The notes under the pieces are model-generated. The model did not search any database, was not told the origin of the DNA, and saw only the letters and a list, made by a program, of their open reading frames with translations. From a virus (Duplodnaviria > Heunggongvirae > Uroviricota > Caudoviricetes): DNA of 64,000 bases. The stretch lies in IMG/VR virus record IMGVR_UViG_3300046694_000587; one strand, 5' to 3'. Shown here in pieces: positions 27,630 through 37,635 of this stretch. Every line of letters starts with the position of its first letter. Position 1 is the first letter of the stretch. A program made the translations under genes and the position numbers.

Positions 27630-27900
27630 CACTTTTGTCAACTGACGAATCGGAATTGATGGCTTAAACCACTCAGATTTTACAGTTCGTAGGTAAAAAG
27701 TTACGCGTTTCGTCATTTTTGCACCGAATTGGTGCGAAAAATCACAAACCGGTCACGTTTCGCCTTGGTTTATGTAACTTTTCTTGGTATCCATGTAACG
27801 TTAACGTTACAGGCTTGTACTGTTAACTAGCACATCCATGTCAGGCCAGCGTGACGTCCATGTAATGTCCATGCTGATTTCCTCGAAAATTCCCCCTCCG
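27630..27900. repeat. AT-rich region with iteron-like direct repeats and palindromes (candidate origin or regulatory hub)
   Basis: perfect 16-bp palindrome GTAACGTTAACGTTAC; TCCATGT(A/C)A four times; hairpin GCACCGAATTGGTGC; inverted repeat GAAAAGTTAC...GTAACTTTTC. Confidence 0.4.
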
Positions 27901-27911
27901 CGAACGGCACA

Positions 27912-28190
27912 TTAGCCGTCCAGGCTGTCCCAGGCTCCCTGGTTCCAGGTGGGCCGCGCCGTCTGTTTCTCCCGGCGCTCCTTGAGGCCCTGGCAGTGCA
28001 CGCAGCGAATCTTCTTGAGCGCGAGGCGCTCCTTCGGAATGTCGTCGCCGCAGTCAATGCAGGTCTCGCCGTCGAAGTCCGGATGGGTTTCCGGGAGATT
28101 GGCGGCCCTGACCGCCGCGATGGCGCCGTCCGTGAGACTGGCAGCAAGCGCCGCTGCCTCGTCAATCGGGTCAGCGTGTCGTTCAAACAT
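27912..28190 (-). CDS. TraR/DksA-family C4 zinc-finger protein
   Basis: CIDCGDDIP...CVHCQ; RBS AAGAGGA. Confidence 0.55.
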   Translation of the reverse strand: MFERHADPIDEAAALAASLTDGAIAAVRAANLPETHPDFDGETCIDCGDDIPKERLALKKIRCVHCQGLKERREKQTARPTWNQGAWDSLDG

Positions 28191-28414
28191 GAGAAATCCT
28201 CTTCGCCTGCTCAATCCCAGCTCGCATGGCAAACAGCACCCCGCCGGAAGGCGGGGCTTGGGTTACGGGTACTCGCCCCCTCTGGGCAGCAGGCGATGAG
28301 CAGTATAGGAACGGCACCCACCGGCCAGACTCGCCAATTACGCTATTTGATGATATACTATAGATTCCCACTTTTGTGGCAAGCAGTTGCCCGGCCTCTC
28401 CGGCCAAAGGACCC

Positions 28415-30688
28415 ATGACCTCTATCCTTCTCATCGCTGAGAAGCCGTCCGTCGCGAAATCCGTGGCGGCCTGGCTCGCCAAAACGTACGGCCATCCCGC
28501 GCGCTCCGCGGGTTCATACATTCAGGTAGGCCCGTATCAGGTGTCGTGGCTTTACGGCCACGTGCTCGAAAACTTCGACCCGCACGAGTACGACGCCCGC
28601 TATAAGAAATGGACGCCGTCCGACCTGCCTATCATTCCGACGCCTGTTTGGCAGTTAAAACCGCGCGAGGAAGTGGACAAGAAGACCGGCAAGAAGACTG
28701 GCCGCCCCGACCCCGGCACCCTCGAGCAAATCAAGGCGCTCAAGGGGCTGCTCAAAACCGCTACCGAAGTCATCGGCCTCGGTGACCCGGACCAGGAAGG
28801 TCAGCTGCTGCAGGACGAATTCCTGCTCTGGGCGGGCAACAAGGCCCCCGTCAAGCGCCTGTGGCTCTCTGCTACCGACGATGCCTCCGTTGCGAAAGCG
28901 TGGAAGGACATGAAGCCCAACAGCGCCTACGAAGGCTACTACTGGTCGGCGCTGGCCCGCTCGCACGCCGATTGGCTGGCGGGTATCAACCTCTCCCGCG
29001 CGTGTACGCTGGCCTCGCAGGCGAACGGTGGCAACGCCATTCTGTCCATCGGTCGCGTGCAGACCCCGACGCTCGCGCTGATTGTGCTGCGCGAGTGGGA
29101 AATCCGCCGCTTCAAGTCGGTCGACTACTTCACACCGTTCATTCAGCTCGCCACCGCGCCAGTGTTCAAGGCGTCGTGGTCGCCGGACAAAGACAAGGAC
29201 GCGCGCCTGGACCCTGAAGGGCGGCTGCTGGACAAGAAGATTGCCCAGTCCATTGCCGACGCCTGCAAGAAGGCTGCGACGGCTACCGTGACCGCGGTGA
29301 AGGCGACCAAGGGTAAGGAAGCTGCGCCGCTGCCGTTCTCCCTGTCCTCGTTGCAGGAACATATGTCCCGGCGCTTCGGGATGGGCGTGCAGGACGTACT
29401 CAAGCACGCGCAGTCTCTATATGAGAAGAAGATTGCCTCCTACCCGCGTACCGACAGTGAATACCTGCCGGAATCGCAGCACGCGGAAGCCATCGACACG
29501 TTCAAGGGACTGCGCGCGGGGATTCGCGAGCTGGGCGCTGCACCCGACAAGGCGGACCTCTCCATCAAATCGCGCGCGTTCAACGACAAGAACGTGTCCG
29601 CCCACCACGCCATCGTGCCGCGGCCGGCGACGCTCGCGCAACTGGCGGACCTGAGCACTGTCGAGCGCCAGGTCTGGATTGAAATCGCGAAACGCTACCT
29701 GCTCCAGTTTTTCCCGGTAGCTGAATTCCTGTCGACCGAAATCGAGCTGCTGTGTGCGGGCGAATCTTTCCGCGTCTCCGGTAAGGTTTTCACCCTGCGC
29801 GGCTGGAAGGATGCATTCGCGGCGGATTCGGCTGACGATGAGGACGCTGGCGGCGCGGCGCTGCCCAAGGTCAGCAAGGGCGACGTGCTCAAGCTGAAGG
29901 ACGCGGGCTTCGATTCGACGACCACCAAGCCGCCCAAGCGCTTCACGGAAGGCACGCTGGTGGCCGCCATGAAAGCGGTGCACAAGTTCGTGACCGACCC
30001 GAAGCTCAAGGCCATCCTGCGCGAGAACATCGGTATCGGCACGGAAGCCACGCGAGCGAACGTCATCGGCGAACTGTTCGGCCGCAAGTTCATCGAGTTG
30101 GCCAAGAAAGAAATCAAGCCGACAGAGCTTGGCGAGCAGCTCATCGAAGCGCTGCCGCGCCAGATTTCAGCCCCCGATATGACCGCGCTGTGGCAGCAGG
30201 CCATGGACGACATCCGCAAGACCGGCAAGAAGGGCTACGAGGCCTTTATCGCCGGCCAGTCCAAATGGCTCAACGACATCGTCCATGAAGTACCGGGCTG
30301 GTTCGCAGGCAAGTCGCTAACGCGCAAAGACCTGAAGTCGTCCGTCGAAGTCAAGGAAACCGCGCATAAGTGCCTGAAGTGCGCCGGTGAGCTCAAGCAC
30401 GTCAAGGGTAAGTTCGGCTGGTTCTTCGGCTGCCAGAACACGGACTGCAAGGCTATCTTCAAGGACGTCGACGGCAAGCCGGTCGAAAAGGTCGCAGCGC
30501 CCACGGGCAAGGTGACCATCGGCGGCGTGGAATCTGGCTCGAAATGCACGAAGTGCAAGAAGGGTGAGATGCAGGTGCGCGTGTGCGGGCCGTCGAGCAA
30601 GACGCCGGGCAAGAACTTCCTGTCGTGCTCAAACTACTTCGCCAAGACTGCAAAAACCAAATGCGACAACAGCGTGTGGCCAACATGA
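28415..30688 (+). CDS. type IA DNA topoisomerase, topoisomerase III-like, with C-terminal zinc ribbons
   Basis: TOPRIM IAEKPS...GDPDQEGQ; RVQTPTLALIVLRE; active-site SYPRTDS; two C-terminal CxxC...CxxC ribbons. Confidence 0.85.
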   Translation: MTSILLIAEKPSVAKSVAAWLAKTYGHPARSAGSYIQVGPYQVSWLYGHVLENFDPHEYDARYKKWTPSDLPIIPTPVWQLKPREEVDKKTGKKTGRPDPGTLEQIKALKGLLKTATEVIGLGDPDQEGQLLQDEFLLWAGNKAPVKRLWLSATDDASVAKAWKDMKPNSAYEGYYWSALARSHADWLAGINLSRACTLASQANGGNAILSIGRVQTPTLALIVLREWEIRRFKSVDYFTPFIQLATAPVFKASWSPDKDKDARLDPEGRLLDKKIAQSIADACKKAATATVTAVKATKGKEAAPLPFSLSSLQEHMSRRFGMGVQDVLKHAQSLYEKKIASYPRTDSEYLPESQHAEAIDTFKGLRAGIRELGAAPDKADLSIKSRAFNDKNVSAHHAIVPRPATLAQLADLSTVERQVWIEIAKRYLLQFFPVAEFLSTEIELLCAGESFRVSGKVFTLRGWKDAFAADSADDEDAGGAALPKVSKGDVLKLKDAGFDSTTTKPPKRFTEGTLVAAMKAVHKFVTDPKLKAILRENIGIGTEATRANVIGELFGRKFIELAKKEIKPTELGEQLIEALPRQISAPDMTALWQQAMDDIRKTGKKGYEAFIAGQSKWLNDIVHEVPGWFAGKSLTRKDLKSSVEVKETAHKCLKCAGELKHVKGKFGWFFGCQNTDCKAIFKDVDGKPVEKVAAPTGKVTIGGVESGSKCTKCKKGEMQVRVCGPSSKTPGKNFLSCSNYFAKTAKTKCDNSVWPT

Positions 30689-30723
30689 GGCTCTGACTGG
30701 CCACCGCGCCGGTCTGCGTAACC

Positions 30724-30765
30724 AAAAGCCGTATCGGTCCAAAGTTGACCGATACGGCTTTCTAC
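30724..30765 (+). terminator. rho-independent terminator
   Basis: AAAAGCCGTATCGGTC-caaagtt-GACCGATACGGCTTT. Confidence 0.6.
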
Positions 30766-30803
30766 ATTATATTAACCGCAATCCTTACTACTATTTTCGC
30801 AAG

Positions 30804-31364
30804 ATGAAAAACCTCGTCCAGAGCGTATTGCTGCTGCTCGTCATTGCTGTTGCCATTATCTGGGGCAGTATCTCCAAGGACAAGAACGAGAAGGACCACC
30901 TTCAGTTCATCCAGCAGTTCAAGGTCGCGCCGGAGTTCATCAAAACCCGTGACCTTCAGGTCCCCACTGACTATCAGTCGGTGACCGGCTACAAATACCC
31001 GACCGTCAATAACTACTGGGTTACCGCGCAGACGGCGGAGTGGGCCCTGCTGAACGGCCCGCGCGGAACTGCGCTCTGTCAGTCAGTCCTGGGCAACTTT
31101 GCCGAGGTCAACGCCAATAGCGAAGTCATGAGCTCCGCCAGCCTCCAGCTTATTGCTTCGGGCTTCAAGGACAAAACCATCGAACTGGAAGTACATATTC
31201 CTCGTTTCAAGACTGAGCCGTTCGGCATCGAAAAGTGCGTTGGGTTCAGTTACGACGCGGTGACCGGCACGCTGATGGTCGGCGACAAGCACGTCGCGTA
31301 TCTGGACGCGACACAACCGCGGCTGGCTCAAGCGCAACCCGGCAACAGCCAAACCACCAAATAA
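30804..31364 (+). CDS. membrane-anchored hypothetical protein
   Basis: N-terminal TM LLLLVIAVAIIWG. Confidence 0.45.
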   Translation: MKNLVQSVLLLLVIAVAIIWGSISKDKNEKDHLQFIQQFKVAPEFIKTRDLQVPTDYQSVTGYKYPTVNNYWVTAQTAEWALLNGPRGTALCQSVLGNFAEVNANSEVMSSASLQLIASGFKDKTIELEVHIPRFKTEPFGIEKCVGFSYDAVTGTLMVGDKHVAYLDATQPRLAQAQPGNSQTTK

Positions 31365-31372
31365 GAGCCGTC

Positions 31373-32395
31373 ATGTCCGAATCGAAATTCAATTTCCCGC
31401 GCGAGGTCGCTACAGGGCTCTTCGCGTTGTGCCTCTTTGGCGCGCTCTTTCTGAATACGGTGCCGGCGCTCCTCGCCGGACTGCTCGCCTTCGTTCTCAC
31501 GAGCGGCCTGTTGCAGGCACTCCACCGGTTTGATGTCGAACGCAAGCTGCTCGCGCATGAGCTTCTCGCGGGCCTCATCGTCGGCGTGGGCTCGCTCGCA
31601 GTGCTCACCGGCATCAGTGTCCTGGTTGCCCGGCTTCTCGGTGGCGAGTCCGTGCGCGACTTCATGCTGACGCTGGCGGAAACCCTCACCCAGGCCAAGC
31701 AGTATCTCCCGAGCGCAATTGCCGACGCCATCCCCGCGACATGGCTCGATATGCGCACGCTCGCCGCCAGCGCGCTTAAGGAACACGCCAACGCCGTTGC
31801 GGGCTTTGGTTCGCATGTGCTGCAAAGCACGCTTTTGACACTCATCGGCTGGATTACTGGTGTACTCGCGGCCGTCAGCCTGGTGCGCACGCCGAACATC
31901 GCCGAGCAACCCGCATTCTTCGCGACGTGGAGCCGGCTGTGGACGCAGCTCGCCGCCTCATTCAAACATGTCGCATGGGCGCAGGCGAAAATTGCCGGCA
32001 TCAATGCACTCATGACGGGTCTCTTCGTCATGGTGGTCATGCCAATCTTCGGCTGGAAACTGCCCTACGCAAAGACGCTCATTCTCGCGACCTTTTTCTG
32101 CGGGCTGTTGCCGGTTGTCGGAAACCTGGTTTCCAATTCGTTCATCTGCATCCTGGCGCTGAGCGTGTCGTTTCCCGCGGCAATCGTGGCGTTCGTGTTC
32201 CTCGTCCTCGTTCACAAGATGGAGTATTTCCTGAGCGCGCGCATTCAGGGACACGAAATCGGTGCCAAGGCGTGGGAACTGCTCATCGTGCTGTTTGTAT
32301 TCGAGCGGCTGTTTGGTCCGGCAGGAATGGTTGCCGCGCCCGTTATCTACGCCTTTGTGAAGGCAGATTTGAAGCGCATGCACTGGCTGGCTTGA
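31373..32395 (+). CDS. AI-2E family (UPF0118/PerM-like) integral membrane transporter
   Basis: 341 aa; multiple TM helices; the family's conserved C-terminal segment (LLPVVGNLVSN...). Confidence 0.6.
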   Translation: MSESKFNFPREVATGLFALCLFGALFLNTVPALLAGLLAFVLTSGLLQALHRFDVERKLLAHELLAGLIVGVGSLAVLTGISVLVARLLGGESVRDFMLTLAETLTQAKQYLPSAIADAIPATWLDMRTLAASALKEHANAVAGFGSHVLQSTLLTLIGWITGVLAAVSLVRTPNIAEQPAFFATWSRLWTQLAASFKHVAWAQAKIAGINALMTGLFVMVVMPIFGWKLPYAKTLILATFFCGLLPVVGNLVSNSFICILALSVSFPAAIVAFVFLVLVHKMEYFLSARIQGHEIGAKAWELLIVLFVFERLFGPAGMVAAPVIYAFVKADLKRMHWLA

Positions 32396-32472
32396 CGCGG
32401 CTGTAACGCCGCGGGTTTTCGCTCTATACGGCCTTAAGAGGAAACAATTTAATCAACATTCAAGAGGCTAGT

Positions 32473-33456
32473 ATGACTACGACTATCAAGCTCATCACGC
32501 ACGACCGCGTGTGCCATGCGGACGAAACGTTCGCTTCGGCCATCCTGCGCATCGCTTTTGGCCAGGTGACGGTTCTTCGCACGCGGGACCCCGAAATCCT
32601 TCAACGGGAAGCAGGGGCTCCGGACACTTTCATGCTCGATGTGGGCGGCCGCTACGACCCTGAAAAGCGGCTGTTCGACCACCATCAGCCGGAAGGTGCT
32701 GGATTGCGCCCGCAACCGCCAGATAAAGGCGCGGGAGGCGGTCACCGGCCGGTTATGGAGTGGCCTTATGCCACAGCAGGTCTGGTGTGGAAGTTCTATG
32801 GCGCGCAGGCGGTACGCAAGCTGCATCCATCGCTGGATGACGCTTGCGTTGAAGAGATTGTGCAGTACATCGACGACACCGTGTTGAAGTACATCGACGC
32901 CGTCGACTGTGGTGTGCATCTCAAGTCGTCCGGGCCATCCCTGTCGGCAATCATCGCAAGCTTCAACACGACCTGGTATGACCGTGAAGAAGATGTATTC
33001 CCGCTCGTGATGGACTTGGCTCAGGTGCTGCTGACCAACTTCGTGAAACGCTACGCCGGAAAGGTGATGGCGCGTAACAAGGTGCGGGACTCGCAATCAC
33101 GTCTCGACGGCCGGGTACTCGTACTCGAAGCCTGCATCCCCTGGGTAACGATTGTTGCCGAAGAGATGCCCGAGGTGCTGTTTGTCGTGTATCCGGTCGG
33201 TGACGCTGACAAAGGTACGGGACAGTGGCAGTTGCGCCAGGCGGTCCAGCCGGACATGACTCCGCGCATCAGGCTGCCGCAAAGCTGGGGCGGACTGGAG
33301 CGTCAGGCTCTGGCTCGCGTGTGTGGTGAACACGAAGCAGTGTTCTGCCATCGCTCACGTCACCTCGCCGGGGCTTTGTCCCTGGAAGGTGCGCTGAACA
33401 TGGCCGGCGCTGCTATTCGTGAACACAATCAGTGCGCGGAGCTTCAAGCCGCGTAG
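32473..33456 (+). CDS. MYG1/UPF0160-family metal-dependent exonuclease-like hydrolase
   Basis: ITHDRVCHADETFASAIL matches the TH.G.FH.DE signature. Confidence 0.55.
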   Translation: MTTTIKLITHDRVCHADETFASAILRIAFGQVTVLRTRDPEILQREAGAPDTFMLDVGGRYDPEKRLFDHHQPEGAGLRPQPPDKGAGGGHRPVMEWPYATAGLVWKFYGAQAVRKLHPSLDDACVEEIVQYIDDTVLKYIDAVDCGVHLKSSGPSLSAIIASFNTTWYDREEDVFPLVMDLAQVLLTNFVKRYAGKVMARNKVRDSQSRLDGRVLVLEACIPWVTIVAEEMPEVLFVVYPVGDADKGTGQWQLRQAVQPDMTPRIRLPQSWGGLERQALARVCGEHEAVFCHRSRHLAGALSLEGALNMAGAAIREHNQCAELQAA

Positions 33457-33577
33457 GTCAATTCTGACTTACTTCTCCCCCGGGTTTTATACCTGGGGGT
33501 TTTTCATTCCCTCGCGCGGGGTTAAAGCGTCTGGCAGGGCTCTCCCTATACTGAGTACCTACCATTTCGGAGTATCC

Positions 33578-34984
33578 ATGCAGTCGTCGGAATCCCTGGT
33601 TCAAACCTCCGCTGTCGCCACCAGCCATCGCTTCAACTACGTGCTGGACACCAATGTCCTGCTGCATGACCCCGACGCGCTGTTCCGCTTCGAGGAGCAC
33701 GACATCAACCTGCCGCTCGTCGTGCTTGAGGAGCTGGACCGGCACAAGAAGGGCGTGGCGGACATTTCGCGCAATGCCCGCCAAATCACCCGCACGCTGG
33801 ACTCACTGCTCAAGGCAGGCTCCATGGCGGACGGCTTCGAGCTCGCCTATGCGTCCGAAGGCCGCGCGACCGGCAAGCTGTATTTCCGCAACTCCAGCGA
33901 CCTGAGCGCGAAAGAAGGAGTCGGTATTGGGCTAGAACAAGGCAAAGCTGACAATCAGATTCTGAACTGCGCGCTGAAGCTCCTGAAATCGGTCGGCAAC
34001 GCGGTACTGGTCACGAAAGACATCAATCTACGCGTGAAGGCGTTGGCGCTCGACATCCCTGCGCAAGACTACCGCAGCGACCGCGTACTCTCCGACGAAG
34101 ATGTGCTGCCCACGGGCTTTCAGACCATCGACGAATCCTTCTGGGCGGAGCACATCGACGGAGACAAAGGATTCCATCGCCGTGGCGGCAAGCAGTTCGC
34201 CAATGTCACTGTGCACCTGCCCATCAACTCGTTCCTCGCTGAACAGGTGTCACGCAATCGCACCCGCTTGTGGCGTGTCGAAAGCAATTCGGCCTCGGGT
34301 TCGGTCCTTTATGCGTTGCAGAACCAGAGTCCGGTCGACGGCAAACCGCTGCTCGACGCACGCAATGAAGAACAGCAGATGGCCGTGAATCTGCTCCACG
34401 ATGAAGACGTCGACTTCGTGGCACTGCTGGGCAAGGCCGGCTCAGGCAAGACCTTGCTTGCACTGGCCGCTGGCCTCGAGCAGGTCAAGAAGGGCCGCTT
34501 CTCGGGCGTGATTATCACCCGCGCGACGGTGCCCCTCGGCGAAGAAATCGGCTTCCTGCCTGGCTCCGAAGAAGAAAAGATGAACGCGTGGCTCGGCGGT
34601 ACGCTGAACGACTGCTACGCCGCACTCGGAATCGAAGACGAAAAGAATCCGTTGCGCCAGAAAGTCTCCATCGCGTCGATGGCGTTCATGCGCGGCCGCA
34701 GCTTCCAGGGTAAGTACATCATCCTGGACGAAGCCCAGAACCTGACCGTCAAGCAGGTCAAGGCGTTGCTCACGCGCGCTGGCGACGGGTCCAAGGTGGT
34801 GCTTACCGGAAATTTGAGCCAAATCGATACGCCATACCTGGACGAAGGCACGTCGGGCCTCGCATGGGCAGCCAAGAACATGGAGGATTGGGCCCACGCA
34901 GGTCACATCATCCTGCCGCGCGGCGTGCGCAGTCGCCTTGCAACCTACGTCGAAGAACTCGACGAATCGGAGAACCAAGGCTAA
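33578..34984 (+). CDS. PhoH2: PIN-domain RNase fused to PhoH-like ATPase
   Basis: PIN YVLDTNVLLHDP...VLEELD; Walker A GKAGSGKT; PhoH core. Confidence 0.8.
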   Translation: MQSSESLVQTSAVATSHRFNYVLDTNVLLHDPDALFRFEEHDINLPLVVLEELDRHKKGVADISRNARQITRTLDSLLKAGSMADGFELAYASEGRATGKLYFRNSSDLSAKEGVGIGLEQGKADNQILNCALKLLKSVGNAVLVTKDINLRVKALALDIPAQDYRSDRVLSDEDVLPTGFQTIDESFWAEHIDGDKGFHRRGGKQFANVTVHLPINSFLAEQVSRNRTRLWRVESNSASGSVLYALQNQSPVDGKPLLDARNEEQQMAVNLLHDEDVDFVALLGKAGSGKTLLALAAGLEQVKKGRFSGVIITRATVPLGEEIGFLPGSEEEKMNAWLGGTLNDCYAALGIEDEKNPLRQKVSIASMAFMRGRSFQGKYIILDEAQNLTVKQVKALLTRAGDGSKVVLTGNLSQIDTPYLDEGTSGLAWAAKNMEDWAHAGHIILPRGVRSRLATYVEELDESENQG

Positions 34985-34988
34985 CGAG

Positions 34989-35567
34989 ATGATGGACCGA
35001 CGCGACTTCCTCAAACAGGGGTTGCGTCTGGGTACAGCAGCCGCGGGGAGCCTGGTGCTCCCCGCTTGTTTGTCGACTCAGGCGCACGCCGCAGAAAACG
35101 GGTTTGACATCACACGCGGCTCGCGCGTGCTGAATCTGTACCGCCCTGAGTCTGGCGAGAAACTCGTCATCGAATACATGCGCGACGGCCAGTGGCTCGA
35201 TAACGCATACAACTACATCTGCTGGCACCTGCGCGACATCCACGTGAACAAGCACGTGGCCATGGATTACAACCTCGTGGCCATCCTCGACTGGACGCAG
35301 TGGTTTGTGCGGCAGTACGGCTACACGCAGCCACTTCAGATTCTCTCCGGGTATCGTTCACCGTGGACCAACGAGCATACGGAGGGGGCCGTGAAGGACT
35401 CCCAGCACACGCACGGCAAAGCCATTGACTTGCGGATTCCTGGTCTGTCGGCAGAGTACCTGGGCAAGCTGTTCCTCTGGCTATCGCGCGGCGGCGTGGG
35501 CATCTACACCGGCCGCAACTTCGTGCACATCGACACTGGCCGCGTTCGCACGTGGCGCGGCCGATAG
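34989..35567 (+). CDS. Tat-secreted DUF882/M15-like peptidase (YcbK/MepK-like)
   Basis: Tat motif RRDFLKQGLRLGTAAAG; SGYRSPWTNE...SQHTHGKAID. Confidence 0.65.
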   Translation: MMDRRDFLKQGLRLGTAAAGSLVLPACLSTQAHAAENGFDITRGSRVLNLYRPESGEKLVIEYMRDGQWLDNAYNYICWHLRDIHVNKHVAMDYNLVAILDWTQWFVRQYGYTQPLQILSGYRSPWTNEHTEGAVKDSQHTHGKAIDLRIPGLSAEYLGKLFLWLSRGGVGIYTGRNFVHIDTGRVRTWRGR

Positions 35568-35598
35568 CGTCCGACGCATCATCACTCAAAAACAGACA

Positions 35599-36027
35599 AT
35601 GATTAGAGCCCGCTTTTACACCATTATCATCCGCAAAGATGCCTTGGCCGCAAAATGGCCGGGCGGCGTGGATGGGTACAAGGCTGATATTGCTTTCGCA
35701 GAAGACGACGATTGGAGCCAGGAGGATGAGCACCTCATCACCTACGCCGTGTCCATGGGCTCGGACCTCGACATCATGCTGAAGTCGCTTGACCCGTTGA
35801 CCGTGTACGAAAAGCGTCATGTGACCGAGAAGCCTTCATGGACCGCCAGGCTTGTCGGCCGCGTATTCGGAGACCGAGTCGCTGAACGACTCTTTGGGTC
35901 ACCCACGTCGTACGAAGCTATGTTCTTCGTCGACGTCGCTGTCGCTTCGTGCGGGTCCCCGACCCGGCAATGCGATTGGCTGAGGGCTCACAGCGACATA
36001 GGCTCGGTCGAGTTCGTGCAAGCCTAG
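35599..36027 (+). CDS. hypothetical protein (142 aa)
   Basis: ORF after the MepK-like gene. Confidence 0.35.
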   Translation: MIRARFYTIIIRKDALAAKWPGGVDGYKADIAFAEDDDWSQEDEHLITYAVSMGSDLDIMLKSLDPLTVYEKRHVTEKPSWTARLVGRVFGDRVAERLFGSPTSYEAMFFVDVAVASCGSPTRQCDWLRAHSDIGSVEFVQA

Positions 36028-36070
36028 CGTCACCAAATTCCGTTCGCATCGTATTGCCCGTCAGTTGCGC

Positions 36071-37195
36071 TCAATTTTCGCCGGCGACTGCAGCGCCTGG
36101 CCGAGCGAAGCGCGCCCGGATGGCTTTGACACCATTGATGAGCGAGTCTTTTCCACGTGCAATGGTGAATTCGGTCCAGACATGTAACAACCGATGCCTC
36201 TCGTACCGGCGCACCAGCCGGGCAAGCCTGTCCGGGGCCAACCCGCGATTACTTGCCATGAGCATCGCCAGACGTGAGCCGAGCATCATGCCGCTGTTGA
36301 GCGCCCGGAAATACGGGACACCCATAGCCGCATCGCCGACCAGGAACCACGTCTTGTTCTCGCGCCTGAAACCAAACTGTCGCGCTGCATACAGCGACAA
36401 TCCGAGCTTGGAGAGCTTTCCGGAGCCCTCGATGTATCGCGTACCCAACGTTCGCGCTCGAGCCCGCAGGTACGCGGCAATGTCAGCCTGAACCATCGTC
36501 GGCAACGTCGGAGAGTCAATCTCGCACGGCGCCTTGAACGACATGTCCGGCAATTGCGCATACGCTTCTTCGTCGAGAAACAGGCGCGCGGTCACCGGCG
36601 TCACTTCGCCGCGCTGGCGGCCGACGTACTCGCTGAGCGTAAAATTCAGGCGCCGGTTGCAGTCCCAAAGCTGCATCGAATCAAACCTGCGCGGGCCCCC
36701 TGTTTCCTCGAACTTCAGCTCGAGGACATGCTGCAGGTTTTGCAGCTCGAGCCCGTGCTCGCCGAGCAACTCGCGGCGACACCGGCTGTGCGCGCCGTCG
36801 CTGGCGATGAATACGGCGCATTCCGGATGCAACGACTCGACGCCCGCCAACGACTCAATCGTGCGATGCTCGATGGAGATGCCTTCGCGGACCGCGTACG
36901 CGCGCAGAGCGGCCTCAAAATCGTTGGTGCGAATGTACAGGGACTTCGCGAACTCGAGATGCACACCGACCACGCGCTTGCCGGTGACTTCGCGGTAGAA
37001 GGCTTGCTCGGATGCGTTGAGGTTCTTCCGGCTGTAGAGCAGGAGGCTCCAGTGGTCGACCCGGAGAACGTGCGACCGCTGATAGCTCGCATGCCGTTCG
37101 TACATCGTGACGCTCACCGACGGCATCCGCTTTTGTATCTGGAGTGCCGTCCAGAGGCCTACGGGACCCGCGCCGACTACAACGACATCTGCCAT
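36071..37195 (-). CDS. FAD-dependent monooxygenase
   Basis: VVVVGAGPVGLWTA Rossmann fold; DGAHSRCRR; GDAAMGVPYF. Confidence 0.7.
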   Translation of the reverse strand: MADVVVVGAGPVGLWTALQIQKRMPSVSVTMYERHASYQRSHVLRVDHWSLLLYSRKNLNASEQAFYREVTGKRVVGVHLEFAKSLYIRTNDFEAALRAYAVREGISIEHRTIESLAGVESLHPECAVFIASDGAHSRCRRELLGEHGLELQNLQHVLELKFEETGGPRRFDSMQLWDCNRRLNFTLSEYVGRQRGEVTPVTARLFLDEEAYAQLPDMSFKAPCEIDSPTLPTMVQADIAAYLRARARTLGTRYIEGSGKLSKLGLSLYAARQFGFRRENKTWFLVGDAAMGVPYFRALNSGMMLGSRLAMLMASNRGLAPDRLARLVRRYERHRLLHVWTEFTIARGKDSLINGVKAIRARFARPGAAVAGEN

Positions 37196-37260
37196 ATTTT
37201 CTTGGTTATAAATGAAAAACGGCCCTCGAGGGACCGTCCGGTTCTTTCACAGTTGAAGCA

Positions 37261-37635
37261 TCACATCTGCATCAACGCGGGAAGCACGAAAGCGAAGAAG
37301 ACGCCGACCATGTACGCGAGTACCGATAGCGCGTACACCCAGCGCGAAATGCGTTTGTATCGAGTGCAAGCCGCCGCGAGCTTCGGGTCAAGCGGACAGG
37401 CGGCCGGCCGCGCCTGAAGCGCGCCGCCAATCACGAGCATCAGTCCTGCGGTCGCGAACACAAGCGCGTGGTGCTTTGAAATCCAGATGAGTGCGGGAAT
37501 AGCGCTCACCAATGAGGCAAGCACGGCGCCGGCACCGAGGCTGACCAGCAGGGCCGGCAGTGCGCAGCACACCAGTGTGGAGCCGCTGGTGGCAAGAGCC
37601 AACCACATGAATCGTGTTTCGCCCTTCATCAGCAA
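37261..37635 (-). CDS. MerT-like membrane protein (CC pair in first TM)
   Basis: STLVCCALPALLVSLG; second Cys pair AACPLD...AACT. Confidence 0.4.
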   Translation of the reverse strand: MLMKGETRFMWLALATSGSTLVCCALPALLVSLGAGAVLASLVSAIPALIWISKHHALVFATAGLMLVIGGALQARPAACPLDPKLAAACTRYKRISRWVYALSVLAYMVGVFFAFVLPALMQM

